A stretch of DNA of 64,000 nucleotides, from positions 3,250 through 67,249 of the forward strand of contig CAAHET010000093.1 of assembly GCA_900772565.1 (NCBI GenBank), written 5' to 3'. The notes under the pieces are model-generated. The model saw only the letters and a program-made list of their open reading frames with translations. It searched no databases and was not told the DNA's origin. Both the position numbers and the translations under genes were made by a program. Numbering within the stretch: position 1 is the stretch's first letter; every line of letters starts with the position of its first letter. Of the stretch, positions 48,703 through 58,934 are shown piece after piece. This DNA is from an uncultured Faecalibacterium sp. (GTDB lineage: Bacteria; Bacillota; Clostridia; Oscillospirales; Ruminococcaceae).

Positions 48703-49001
48703 CTTTGAATTTGCGCAAAAGAGCCTTTACCTTCGATCAGAGTTTTTCAATGGGATTCAGATCGGGACTATACGGTGGAAGATAGATGTATCGAATCCCA
48801 GAGCTGGCCAGTAGCTCTTTCACTGTCTTTTTCATTTCGACGCTTCAATAAACGGTAAATTGAACAGGTGTTTACAGAAAAGCACTTTGCCAGTTCCTTT
48901 ACGCTGATACCCTTATCGTATCCTTCCAGAATCAACTTTCGAGCTTCGTTGTGCAGCATAACACTTACCTTCTTTGACTCTGTTATATCACTTTTTCTCA
49001 A
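48703..49001 (-). pseudogene. IS630/Tc1-mariner family transposase remnant (an N-terminal HTH piece and a C-terminal [14 protein letters not shown] piece with the middle missing)
   Basis: The HTH ORF 48768..49001 reads [23 protein letters not shown]. The rc of 48703-48790 encodes [26 protein letters not shown]. Confidence 0.55.
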
Positions 49002-49074
49002 AAGTTAAAGTACTCTTTGCTGTATTATTGAAAATTGCTATAGAAAATCGCCCGGCGGCTTTTGTCATTCCAGT

Positions 49075-50478
49075 TTATAAGTTTAGTGCCTGCCACAGCG
49101 CATCTGACGGATCAAATACCGCAATGCGATACCCGGCAAAGCGGCTCTGGACATCCACGGTCTGGCTGCCATCGGCGGCAGTGTTGTAGCTGCCCAGTTC
49201 CAGCCCGGAAAGGGCTGGCTGGCTGCTCCACAGGATGAGCTTTGTCTGCCAGTCTGCGCCCAGCTTTTCGCTCAGTGCCCCATAGGCCTGTTCAAAACCC
49301 TCCGGGTCGTCCAAGATCCAAATTTTGCTCTCGCCGCTAGAAAGGTCGGTGTTCATCTGGGTAGCACCCGCCATCTGTTGGTTCTGCTCGGTCAGGGCGG
49401 CGTCGGCGCTCCATGTGTAGTTGTTTACCTGCACCACCACAGCCCCGTCACTGTTGGCATCCTCCGCATAGTCTGCCAGTGCAGTCTGCAAGCGCTGCAC
49501 GGCCTCGTCCGGTAGGGCTTCTGCCGTGACCACCGCCACGGTGTAGTCCGGGTCTACAGTGGTCAGCAGGCCATGCGCTACATACGCTACGCCCACAATA
49601 ACCATTGCCGCCACTGCCACGATGCCCCAGTTGTAGTACCACCAGTTGGCGCGGGAGCGCTTTTTCTGCTCCTGCGCGGTCAGGGGCTTTTCCGGTGCTG
49701 CCGGGCGCGGGATGGTGCGCACCTGCACGCCGTATGCCTGCCGCAAGACAGGGAACAGAGTCTGCATCGCTGCCAGCCCCGGCAGCCAGAAACCGAACAG
49801 CACCGCCCAGAACACGCTGACCGGGAACAGCAGGATCATGCCGCCGATGCCCGCCAGCATGAGAACGCCTGCCAGCACGCAGCGCGCCGGGGCTGCAGCC
49901 AGCAGCCTGCCCGCCCGGCGCAGCAGGCTGTCCGGGACGGGGGCTTTCAGCGGCAGCACGGCGGCGCAAAGAGTAGCCAGAACCGCCAGCACCAGAAAGT
50001 CCAGCGCCAGAAAAACGAGAATGGCAAGCCCGGGGTAATACCCCTGCTGCGCGGCGGCTTCAAACACAAAGGCCGATACAAAACACAGCAGCCCCAGCAC
50101 CAGCGTGCCAATACAGCCAAAGCCGCAGGCGGCCTTCCAATGGGCGGCAAGGGTCTGCTTTGCCCGGGGCAGCCACTGGGAGGGGTCGTTCTGCAAGCTG
50201 CGCAGGGCGCAGTCTGCCAGCAGCACCATGGCAGGGCCGACCAGCAGACCGGTCGCAGCGCTGCACACCATCGTCAGCGGCAGGGAGAGCAGGGTGACCC
50301 CCAGCGAGACGCAAAGCGCGGCGGGCAGGCAGAGCAAGCAGACCATCAGGTTTGTGCCCAGCAGCTGGCCGAGGTCGCGGCCGACCATCTGGCAAAAGCG
50401 TGCAAAGCCTTTTTTCTCCGGCGCACCCGGGTCTACCCCGTGGCCGTCCCGCCCATAAAGGGCATTGTAGATGCTCAT
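49075..50478 (-). CDS. DUF624 (YesL-like) integral membrane protein with a C-terminal extracellular domain
   Basis: The N-terminus YNALYGRDG...FARFCQMVGRDLGQLLGTNLMVCLLCLP is YesL-like, followed by multiple TM helices. Confidence 0.55.
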   Translation of the reverse strand: MSIYNALYGRDGHGVDPGAPEKKGFARFCQMVGRDLGQLLGTNLMVCLLCLPAALCVSLGVTLLSLPLTMVCSAATGLLVGPAMVLLADCALRSLQNDPSQWLPRAKQTLAAHWKAACGFGCIGTLVLGLLCFVSAFVFEAAAQQGYYPGLAILVFLALDFLVLAVLATLCAAVLPLKAPVPDSLLRRAGRLLAAAPARCVLAGVLMLAGIGGMILLFPVSVFWAVLFGFWLPGLAAMQTLFPVLRQAYGVQVRTIPRPAAPEKPLTAQEQKKRSRANWWYYNWGIVAVAAMVIVGVAYVAHGLLTTVDPDYTVAVVTAEALPDEAVQRLQTALADYAEDANSDGAVVVQVNNYTWSADAALTEQNQQMAGATQMNTDLSSGESKIWILDDPEGFEQAYGALSEKLGADWQTKLILWSSQPALSGLELGSYNTAADGSQTVDVQSRFAGYRIAVFDPSDALWQALNL

Positions 50479-50479
50479 T

Positions 50480-51274
50480 TTACTTCACCTCGGTGCCAAA
50501 GGCTTCGATCTGAGTCAGGGCAGGGAAGGGGGAGGTGCCCTCGGCCTGAATGAGATCCTTCAGCACAAGGCTGCGCACCCGCTTGGGCTCAAAGGTTACG
50601 CTCTGGGGTTTTGCACTTTTCACCAGCGGGATGTCCAGCTTGCTGCCGTCAGAAAATGCCACCGTGGCCTTGACCCAATAGTTGTCGTGGGGGAAATCTG
50701 CCCGCTCGGTGATGCGCAGCTCGTCCAGCAGTACCTCCCGGCCAAAATCCAGCGTCAGGGCGGCGTTCGGGTCGCGGTTGATGCCCCAGCTCTGGTAGGG
50801 GTACTCACCGTGGGCGCTATTCTCAAAAATGCCGTCGATGGCATTGCGGGCGGCAAACACTGCCTCGCCGCGCGTTTCCACGTTGGCGCTGGCGTGGGGA
50901 TAAAAACCGGTGTCGCCATGCTCGTCGTAGCAGTTGAAGGCCAAATTTCGCCGGGCGGCGATCTCCTCCGGCAGTGCCAGCCGTGCCCGGATGACGTGAC
51001 GGCTGCCCACAAAGCTCTTGGGCGAGTAGGTGATGGCCTGCTCCCCGAAGGGAATGTGGAAATTGATCTCCCGCTTGACCACATACACAAGGGCTTCGGG
51101 CATGGTGTCCTCGAACTGGATAACGCAGTACTGGCCGGGATGGTCGATCTCCAGCGCCACCCGGTCACCGGGCTTGTAGCAGTTGGTGTAAACAAGGGAT
51201 ACATTGGTGTCGGCGTCGCAGGTCATCAGGGTGTGACCGACTTCGTCCAGAATTTTCAGCTTGATGGTCTCCAT
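50480..51274 (-). CDS. hypothetical protein, possibly a carbohydrate-binding beta-sandwich
   Basis: 264 aa. No motif recognised. It is co-directional with the heparinase-like gene. Confidence 0.4.
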   Translation of the reverse strand: METIKLKILDEVGHTLMTCDADTNVSLVYTNCYKPGDRVALEIDHPGQYCVIQFEDTMPEALVYVVKREINFHIPFGEQAITYSPKSFVGSRHVIRARLALPEEIAARRNLAFNCYDEHGDTGFYPHASANVETRGEAVFAARNAIDGIFENSAHGEYPYQSWGINRDPNAALTLDFGREVLLDELRITERADFPHDNYWVKATVAFSDGSKLDIPLVKSAKPQSVTFEPKRVRSLVLKDLIQAEGTSPFPALTQIEAFGTEVK

Positions 51275-51285
51275 AGCAGTTCTCC

Positions 51286-53100
51286 TTAGTACAGTTCGAG
51301 ATTCAGCATTTTTTGGAAATGCAGGGTAATCTTATAGATTGTTTCCGGCCAAGCGGTGCGCAGGCGCGGGTCGATGATGGGCACCGGCGCAACAGCAGCC
51401 GTTACGGCAGCCGGGTCAAAGCGGATGCCGCCCAGTGTGCCTACCGCAAAGCCATCTGCGGTGGGGGCAGGCTGCTGCTCGGTGAGCAGGGTCAGTTCCA
51501 CCGTGCCGGGATAGTCCGTTTCGTCCTGCAGGGCGATGCCCTGTTCGCTGACCGATACGCTGCGGCAGTAGGTGGTAAGCCCCGGGATGGGCGGGTACGC
51601 GCCCGCCAGTTCGCCGGTGATGCCGTTTTCAGTGGTTTGGATATCCTGCGCAGCATACTCCGCGCCGGGCAGCTGCTGCACGCCGTCAAAGGTGGGTAGA
51701 TTGTGCCATGCGCTCTGCATCGTCCAAATCTCGTACCGCTGGGGGCTGAAGGTCTTTTTGGTGTAGCTTTCCACCCCGATATCGATCAGAAACGGTCTGC
51801 CGTCCTTGTACACGGTAATGCTGCCGGTATCGTTGTGGTTGTGGCTGTCGCCGTTGGAGCCGAACTTTGCGCCCAGTACCCAGCTGCCCTGCCGCGCGGC
51901 ATAGACGCCCACACTGGGGTACCATACCGTTAAATGATGCCGGGGCGCTGTGGAGTACGCCATAATTTCTTCTTCTGCAAAGGCGGTGGTCAGCCGGTAC
52001 CACAGGTTGATGTGGGTGCTGCCGTCCGGGTTCTGCAAATGGTCAGGGTCGGCATCGGCGCGGAAATCTGCCGCCGCAAGGGCTTGCAGAGCATCGCTGC
52101 CCACAGCCTGCCCAAAGCGGTATTCCCGCACACCGCACCGCCCGGCAAGGGGGCTGCAATCGCCGAAGTTCAGGTAGTAAGGCCCGTCCACATGGACATT
52201 GCAGATGTACTCGGCAATGTTTTTGATTTTAGGCTCATGGAACAGGGGAGAAAAAGTCTCCGGCGCAATGCTGGATAGGATTTCAAGGCAGCCCCACAGG
52301 GTCAGCCCGGCGTGGCGGTAATACTGTGCACCCTCGTTGCAGCAGCCGTCTGCGCCGTAGTCCTTCAAAAAGCAGTCGAGACTGTACGCTGCCTGTTTGA
52401 CGGCAGCTTTTCGTTGCTGCTGCGTGGTGGGCAGCAGAAAGACCGTAAGCAGCACGTTCTGGGTGCACCAGCTCGTCCAGTTGCACATAGGCTCTGCGCC
52501 GTTACCCATCCACCAGAAGTGACTTGTAAAATAGGGCGTCAGGATGCGGGCGTCCAGTTCCCGCTCCATCCGCGTCGTGATGCCCGGCGCGGCGGCATCC
52601 AGTTCATCCGGCAGTAAGTACCGGGTTAGCGCCAGCAGCGCGCCGGTCTCGGCGGCAAACAGGTCAACGATGGGACGGGTGGTGTCCGGCAGGGGCAGTT
52701 GGGGTGTATCCCGGATGTAGCTGTTGTGGGCGGGCAGCTGCCATGCGCTTTCCTCGCAGAGCGACCATACGGTATCTGCAATGGCGTCCAGAAAGCGCCC
52801 GGTGTGCTCCACGCACTCGGCGCACACCAGTGCGCACAGCCGCGCACGGCGGGAGAAATAAGCCACCTCCCATGGGGCACGCTGCCCAGTGCGGGTAAAA
52901 TCCAGCCAGAGTGAGAGCGGCAGGGGTGCGATGGGCGTTTGCAGTGCGGCTTCTCCCGCCTGCAAAAAGCGCTGCTTTACCCGCAGGGGCAGCCCCTGCC
53001 ATGCAGTGCGCTCCTTTGCAGGGGGAAAGGGCTGGTAATCGGGAAGAAATTCCGGCAGATGAGCAAGCTGTTCCTGTATCATATAAGCCTCCGACTTCAA
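51286..53100 (-). CDS. heparinase II/III-like polysaccharide lyase family protein
   Basis: 604 aa. NHNDTGS motif, alpha/alpha toroid plus beta-sheet domain architecture. Confidence 0.65.
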   Translation of the reverse strand: MKSEAYMIQEQLAHLPEFLPDYQPFPPAKERTAWQGLPLRVKQRFLQAGEAALQTPIAPLPLSLWLDFTRTGQRAPWEVAYFSRRARLCALVCAECVEHTGRFLDAIADTVWSLCEESAWQLPAHNSYIRDTPQLPLPDTTRPIVDLFAAETGALLALTRYLLPDELDAAAPGITTRMERELDARILTPYFTSHFWWMGNGAEPMCNWTSWCTQNVLLTVFLLPTTQQQRKAAVKQAAYSLDCFLKDYGADGCCNEGAQYYRHAGLTLWGCLEILSSIAPETFSPLFHEPKIKNIAEYICNVHVDGPYYLNFGDCSPLAGRCGVREYRFGQAVGSDALQALAAADFRADADPDHLQNPDGSTHINLWYRLTTAFAEEEIMAYSTAPRHHLTVWYPSVGVYAARQGSWVLGAKFGSNGDSHNHNDTGSITVYKDGRPFLIDIGVESYTKKTFSPQRYEIWTMQSAWHNLPTFDGVQQLPGAEYAAQDIQTTENGITGELAGAYPPIPGLTTYCRSVSVSEQGIALQDETDYPGTVELTLLTEQQPAPTADGFAVGTLGGIRFDPAAVTAAVAPVPIIDPRLRTAWPETIYKITLHFQKMLNLELY

Positions 53101-54359
53101 ATACTTTGCTGATATTCCCGTGGGCTGAGCCCCGTGACCTTTTTGAACACCTTGGAAAAATAAAAGGCACTTTCATAGCCCAGCTTTTCCGCAATTTCAT
53201 AGACCTTCAAATCGCCCTGTTCCAGCATCTCCTTCGCAGCGGCAATGCGGGTCTCGGTGATGTACTCCACAAAGCCGCTGTCGCCGTATTTGCCGAACAG
53301 CTGGCTAAGGTAGTTGGGCGAAAAATTGAACACCGCCGCCACATCGGCCAGTGTCAGACGCTCGGAAAGGTGGCTTTGGATGTACTCCTGTACCTGTGCT
53401 ACCACCTGCATCTTTCCGGCAGTGGCGTCGCCCTCGTTGACCTCCACGAACTGAATGGGCTGCTCCACCGTGAGCAGGGGCTGCAAATGGGCGTTTTCCC
53501 GGCAGCAGCGCGCCAACCCCAGCAGGGAGCCGGTGGGGCGACCTACCGCCCAGAGCAGCCGTACCGTGAAATAGTTGTATAAGATCTGGCTGGCGCGTTC
53601 CAGCAGCGGGCGCAGCACCGTCCGGTAGTTCGGGCACTGGGCATTGGTCAGGCAGAACAGCACATTGCAGCGCATGGCATCCGCGCCTGTTACATAGCAG
53701 GGCAGGTAGTTTTGCAGGGTGGTCTCCAGCATCCGCCCGCAGGAAAAACTCAGCTTCAGCTGCTGGGCGGGGGTAAGGGCAGTGTTGGCAATGATCTCGC
53801 AGCTGGCCACAAGGTAGGCGTCGCTTGCAAGGTTCAGCTCCATGTGCTGCAGCGGCTGCTCCAGAGATTGCTCATCCGGGAACAGCCCGGCGTACAGCCG
53901 CACAAAGAACCGCTCCTGATAGCTGCGCACGCTCTCGGCAAGGTTTTCCTGTGCCGGCATCTCGCCCAGCAGGGCGTGCTCCTTTTTTACCTTTTCGGCG
54001 GCCTTGGCAAGGGCGGTTTGCAGGTTTTCGGGGGTCAGGTCCAGCTTGACCAGATAATCTACCACCCCGGCCCCCATGGCCTGCTTGATGTAATCAAATT
54101 CTTCAAAGCTGGTCAGCATGATAAAGGCGGGCAGGGCGCTGCGCTCCCGGCAGGTGCGGGCAAGGGTAAGGCCGTCCATCACCGGCATTTTTACGTCTGC
54201 AATGACGATATCCGGCTTCTCCCGCTCAATGAGTTCCAGCGCCAGCTTGCCGTTGCGGGCAGTGCCGCAGACGGTATAGCCCAGCTTTTCCCATTCCAGC
54301 ATCCCCTGCAGGCCGATGAGCACCAGCGGTTCATCGTCCACAAGCAGTATCCGCAGCAT
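53097..54359 (-). CDS. two-component response regulator with an AraC-type HTH output (YesN-like)
   Basis: MLRILLVDDEPLV receiver domain and a C-terminal AraC HTH (...GLSPREYQQSI). ATG at 54359. Confidence 0.85.
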   Translation of the reverse strand: MLRILLVDDEPLVLIGLQGMLEWEKLGYTVCGTARNGKLALELIEREKPDIVIADVKMPVMDGLTLARTCRERSALPAFIMLTSFEEFDYIKQAMGAGVVDYLVKLDLTPENLQTALAKAAEKVKKEHALLGEMPAQENLAESVRSYQERFFVRLYAGLFPDEQSLEQPLQHMELNLASDAYLVASCEIIANTALTPAQQLKLSFSCGRMLETTLQNYLPCYVTGADAMRCNVLFCLTNAQCPNYRTVLRPLLERASQILYNYFTVRLLWAVGRPTGSLLGLARCCRENAHLQPLLTVEQPIQFVEVNEGDATAGKMQVVAQVQEYIQSHLSERLTLADVAAVFNFSPNYLSQLFGKYGDSGFVEYITETRIAAAKEMLEQGDLKVYEIAEKLGYESAFYFSKVFKKVTGLSPREYQQSI

Positions 54360-56151
54360 GGCTGTCTCCTTTCTGTTGATAGGGCAGCCGGATGGTGACC
54401 TCGGTGCCCACGTCCTCTTCACTTTCAATGGTCAGGCCGTAACCCTCGCCAAAGGAATACCGGATGCGGCGGTTCACGTTCCACAGGCCGACATGGCGGA
54501 ACTTTTCAGCCTTTTCGGCTTCCTCGGCGGGTTCATCCAGCAGGTGCGCCACCTGCTCCGGCGGCATACCCACGCCGTCGTCGGTAATGCGCAGCAATAC
54601 GTCCCCGGTATCCGGGTCGGTGGAGATATCCAGCAGCACGCTGCCGTGGCCGCCCTTGGGCTCCAGCCCGTGGAAGATGGCGTTTTCCACCAGCGGCTGC
54701 AAAGTGAACCGGGGAATCATGCAGTCGCGGCAAAGGGTCTCGCTTTCAATGCGGGAGACCTCAATTTCCAAATCGCCGCCGTAGCGGTACTGCTGGATGG
54801 TAAAGTAATCGTTGAGCAATGCCAGCTCCTCCTGCAAAGGCACCAGCTTCTGGGTGCCCTTGGAGATGCTCTTGGTCAGCCGTGCAAAGGCGGTGACCAT
54901 CTCGGCAATGCCGGGTGCGTGCTGGATGGTGGCCATCCAGCGGATGCTGTTAAGGGTGTTGTAGATAAAGTGGGGGTTCACCTCGTTTTGCAGCATCCGA
55001 TATTCCAGCTCCTGCTTGCGGCGCTCGTCCTCCACCCGGCGGGTCATCAGGCTGTCCACATTTTCGGCCAGCTGGTTGATGCCCCGGCCGATGTCGCCCA
55101 GCTCGTTGTTCCACTCCACCGTGCGGTCGGGGGCAAAGCTGCCGCTGCCCACGGCCTCGATGCGCTTTTGTAGCGCCTCCACCGGGCGGGTGATGACCCA
55201 CTCCAGCCAGTGCTGCATCAAAAAACTCAACCCCCAGATGATGGCAATGCCAAGGGCGATGAGCCACAGGTACACGCCGTAGTGCTGCAAAAAGGTGTTT
55301 GCGGGCAAAAGCTGCACCAGCGCCGCACTGCGGCCGTTCAGCGTTACCTTGACTATATAGTAGTTTTGTCCGTCCAGCTGTACCTTGCCCTGCCACGCGG
55401 TCTGCTCGGCGATGCCGTTATTGCTTTCGGTGCGCAGGGTATACTCTACCTCCCGCAGCGGGTTTTCGGTCTCGGTCAGGCGGCCGTTTTCGATCTGCCA
55501 CAGGCGGCTGCCCATCTCCCAGTACAGGGCGCTGCCGCCGGTCAGGCTGTAACCCGCTGCCGGGTCGGTGATGATGGCAGTATCCAGCGCAAGGTAGGTG
55601 CTGCCCCGGTGCAAGGTGCCCTTGCCGCAGCGGACAGGCTGGCTGAGGGCGATGCAGTCCGGGCTGCCGGGCAGCAGCGGGTCGGTGGTGAACTGCATCC
55701 CGTACCCCTTGGTGAGAAACTGCTTTACGCTGGTGCGGTTGAGCGCCGCCGAGGAATTCAGCGTGCCGAACTGCAAATGCCGGTCGTTCTCATTGGTAAT
55801 AAAAAAGCGGAGAATATGGCTGTACAGGGTGCTGGAATAGTATTTTTCCTGCACGGCTTCGTAGGCGGCAATGGTCTGGGTGCCGTTGACATCCTCTTGC
55901 GAGATGTACCGCCGCACAGTGCTGTTGATGGAAGCCCAGTTCAAAAGGGCATCGGCGCTGTCCAGACTGGTCTCGATGGAGGTAGCCACCAGCCGCAGGT
56001 TGAACTCTGCCGCCTGCAGGGAGTTGGCGCGCACATACTGGTTGGAGAGGATGAACAGTGCTGCGCCCACAGCCAGCGAGGTGAGGGTGGTAAAAAGACG
56101 CATCCCCCACACGATCTGCCGCCGCAGCGGGAAACGATGGCTGCTTTTCAT
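54331..56151 (-). CDS. sensor histidine kinase (YesM-like, two TM segments plus HAMP plus His-kinase)
   Basis: HATPase_c motifs (GxGxG) and a histidine box NEVNPHFIYNTLN. Its 3' end overlaps the response-regulator start. Confidence 0.85.
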   Translation of the reverse strand: MKSSHRFPLRRQIVWGMRLFTTLTSLAVGAALFILSNQYVRANSLQAAEFNLRLVATSIETSLDSADALLNWASINSTVRRYISQEDVNGTQTIAAYEAVQEKYYSSTLYSHILRFFITNENDRHLQFGTLNSSAALNRTSVKQFLTKGYGMQFTTDPLLPGSPDCIALSQPVRCGKGTLHRGSTYLALDTAIITDPAAGYSLTGGSALYWEMGSRLWQIENGRLTETENPLREVEYTLRTESNNGIAEQTAWQGKVQLDGQNYYIVKVTLNGRSAALVQLLPANTFLQHYGVYLWLIALGIAIIWGLSFLMQHWLEWVITRPVEALQKRIEAVGSGSFAPDRTVEWNNELGDIGRGINQLAENVDSLMTRRVEDERRKQELEYRMLQNEVNPHFIYNTLNSIRWMATIQHAPGIAEMVTAFARLTKSISKGTQKLVPLQEELALLNDYFTIQQYRYGGDLEIEVSRIESETLCRDCMIPRFTLQPLVENAIFHGLEPKGGHGSVLLDISTDPDTGDVLLRITDDGVGMPPEQVAHLLDEPAEEAEKAEKFRHVGLWNVNRRIRYSFGEGYGLTIESEEDVGTEVTIRLPYQQKGDSHAADTACGR

Positions 56152-56493
56152 GACGGGGCCTCCTTTCCGGTGATATTTTGCATTCTTTCCTTTATACAGT
56201 ACAGATTCCGGCGCGGTTTGTCAACGACTTTTCTTATGAAAATTGTGTACTTTATACGCTTTTTTCTCTTATCAAGAATGCAAACTGTGCAGGAAAGCAA
56301 GAAAGTGCAGACTCCAGTGTAAGAAAGTACATCTTTTTTAAAAAGACGCAGAAAAACTGCAATACTTCCCGGAATTTTTCCATTCCGGTTTTTGCGTTTG
56401 TGCGGTATCCTAGTGTCAACAAAAGCGAGCGGCTCCCCGGCACGGGGGACACCGCTGCAAAGAACACACACTGCCCTGAAGGAGGACACACTT

Positions 56494-57813
56494 ATGAAAA
56501 AGATCTCTCGTCGTTCGTTCCTTACCGCTGCCGCTGCCTGCGGCGCTGCTGCTGCCCTGAGCGCCTGCGGTGGCTCTTCCGCCAGCTCCACCGCTGCTTC
56601 CTCCACTGCCGGTTCCACCGCTGCTTCCGCAGCCGCAGGCCCTGTCACCCTGCAGTGGTCGGTGTGGGATAAGGAATCCACCCCCTACTGGCAGGCCATG
56701 GCCGACGGCTACATGGCAAGCCACAAGGATGTGACCATCGAGATGGTGGACCTTGGCTCTAGCGATTACATGACCGTTCTGGCTACCCAGCTGGCCGGCA
56801 GCGCTGATCTGGATGTCGTGACCGTCAAGGATATCCCCGGCTACGCAAACCTGATCAATCTGGACTACCTCAAGCCCCTGAACGAGGTGCTGACCCGCGA
56901 TACCGGCGATTTCAACGGCACCATCGAGCAGCTGACCACCGACGACGGCAACTTCTACGCCGTGCCCTTCCGCAGCGACTTCTGGGTGGTGTACTACAAC
57001 AAGGACCTGTTCGATAAGGCTGGTGTGGAGTATCCTTCCAACGACATGACGCTGGAAGATTACGATGCTCTGGCCCGCAAGATGACCAGCGGCTCCGGCG
57101 ACACCAAGGTTTATGGCTGCCACTACCATACTTGGCGTTCCGCCGCTTCTCTGTTCTCCATTCTGGACGGCAAGAACACCATCATCGACGGCACCTACGA
57201 CTTCATGAAGCCCACCTACGATATGGTCATTGCCCAGCAGAAGGACGGTATCTGCATGGACTACGGCTACCTCAAGACCTCCTCTCTGCACTACTCCGCA
57301 GCCTTTGAGAACCAGCAGTGCGCAATGGTCAACATGGGCAGCTGGTTCATCTCCACGCTGGAAGCCTACATGAAGGATGCCGAGACCAAGTTCAACTGGG
57401 GCATCGTCAAGTACCCGCACCCCGCCGGTGCAGCTGCCGGTTCTACGCTGGGCACTGTGACCAGCCTGGCCATCAACGCCGATTCTCCCAAGGCAGAGAC
57501 CGCTGCCGACTTCATCAACTGGTGTGTCTCTGAGGAGGGCGCACAGGCCATTGCCAAGACCGGTACCTTCCCGGCTTGCGGTTCCACTGCCACCGCCGAC
57601 ATCATCAAGTCCACTGAGGGCTTCCCCGAGGACAGCAACTCTGTGGATGCACTGACCACCTCCAACGTCTATCTGGAGATGCCCTACACCCAGTACGCAT
57701 CTGATATCGAGACCATCCTGAACGCCGAGCACGATGCCATTATGACCATGAGCGAGACCGTGGACGAGGGCATCCAGAACATGAACGATCAGGTTCCCGC
57801 AGTTCTCGGCTGA
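56494..57813 (+). CDS. sugar ABC transporter substrate-binding lipoprotein
   Basis: MKKISRRSFLTAAAACGAAAALSAC lipoprotein signal. 439 aa. Confidence 0.85.
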   Translation: MKKISRRSFLTAAAACGAAAALSACGGSSASSTAASSTAGSTAASAAAGPVTLQWSVWDKESTPYWQAMADGYMASHKDVTIEMVDLGSSDYMTVLATQLAGSADLDVVTVKDIPGYANLINLDYLKPLNEVLTRDTGDFNGTIEQLTTDDGNFYAVPFRSDFWVVYYNKDLFDKAGVEYPSNDMTLEDYDALARKMTSGSGDTKVYGCHYHTWRSAASLFSILDGKNTIIDGTYDFMKPTYDMVIAQQKDGICMDYGYLKTSSLHYSAAFENQQCAMVNMGSWFISTLEAYMKDAETKFNWGIVKYPHPAGAAAGSTLGTVTSLAINADSPKAETAADFINWCVSEEGAQAIAKTGTFPACGSTATADIIKSTEGFPEDSNSVDALTTSNVYLEMPYTQYASDIETILNAEHDAIMTMSETVDEGIQNMNDQVPAVLG

Positions 57814-57990
57814 TAAAGCGTTTCCCGCATTGCTTTGCGGTTCTCCTTCTTCATTGTTTTCGATCCCCATTCATTTTCCGGTGAACGAGCATCGGAAAAA
57901 AGCCCTGTCCGAGCGGGGCGGGTATGCACAGCGCCCGCCCCGCTCATTTTTTGGAAAAATTGTTATACTTCCGGGAAAGGAGGCTCTTTT

Positions 57991-58917
57991 ATGGCGAGTG
58001 CTGCTGTCCAGAATAAAACTCCCCGTAAAGTGCTAAAAAAATCGACCCGCGATTCCCTCATCGCGTATTCCTTCATTGCGCCAAACTTCATCGGCTTCTG
58101 CGTGTTTACGCTGGTGCCCATGGTGTTTGCCATTGCGCTGGCCTTCTGCGCATGGGACGGCCGCCACGCCATTGAATTTGTCGGCCTAAAGAACTTTGTA
58201 AAGCTCTTCACCACCGATAAAATTTTTCAGGCGGCGCTGAAAAACACCATCGTCTATGTCATCGGTACCGTGCCGCTGACGCTGGCCTGCTCGCTGGCCA
58301 TGGCCGTGCTGCTGAACCAGAACGTGAAGCTGCGCAACTTCTTCCGCACCGTGGCGTTCTTCCCCTACGTTGCCTCGCTGGTTGCGGTGGCAGCGGTGTG
58401 GAACATGATCTTCAACCCCTCCATGGGCCCCATCAATATGCTCCTGAACCAGTTCTTTGGTGTGGCAGTGGAAAACCTGCCCCGCTGGGCTGCCGGTAAG
58501 GATACCGCTATGATCACGGTCATCCTGTTCAGTGTGTGGAAGAACATGGGCTACTACATGGTCATCTATCTGGCTGGCCTGCAGGGCTGCAACCCGGACC
58601 TGAACGAGGCCGCCGAGCTGGACGGTGCAAACCGCTGGCAGCAGTTCTGGCACATCACCCTGCCGCAGCTGCGCCCCACCACCTTCTTTGTGGTCATTAT
58701 GCTCACCATCTCCGGCTTCAAGGTCTACGACCAGATGTACATGATCACCCAGGGCGGCCCCGGTACTGCTACCATGACGCTGGTGTACTACATCTATAAT
58801 GTGGCCTTCGTCAATACCCCGAAATACGGCTACGCAAGTGCCATTGCCATGGTGCTGTTCGTACTGGTGCTGATCGTTACCATCATCCAGTTCCGCGGCT
58901 CCAAGGGCGATAACTAA
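57991..58917 (+). CDS. sugar ABC transporter permease (MalF/LplB-like)
   Basis: The ATG at 57991 is preceded by GAAAGGAGG. Six TM helices and an EAA loop. Confidence 0.85.
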   Translation: MASAAVQNKTPRKVLKKSTRDSLIAYSFIAPNFIGFCVFTLVPMVFAIALAFCAWDGRHAIEFVGLKNFVKLFTTDKIFQAALKNTIVYVIGTVPLTLACSLAMAVLLNQNVKLRNFFRTVAFFPYVASLVAVAAVWNMIFNPSMGPINMLLNQFFGVAVENLPRWAAGKDTAMITVILFSVWKNMGYYMVIYLAGLQGCNPDLNEAAELDGANRWQQFWHITLPQLRPTTFFVVIMLTISGFKVYDQMYMITQGGPGTATMTLVYYIYNVAFVNTPKYGYASAIAMVLFVLVLIVTIIQFRGSKGDN

Positions 58918-58934
58918 GAAAGGAGGAAGAAACC

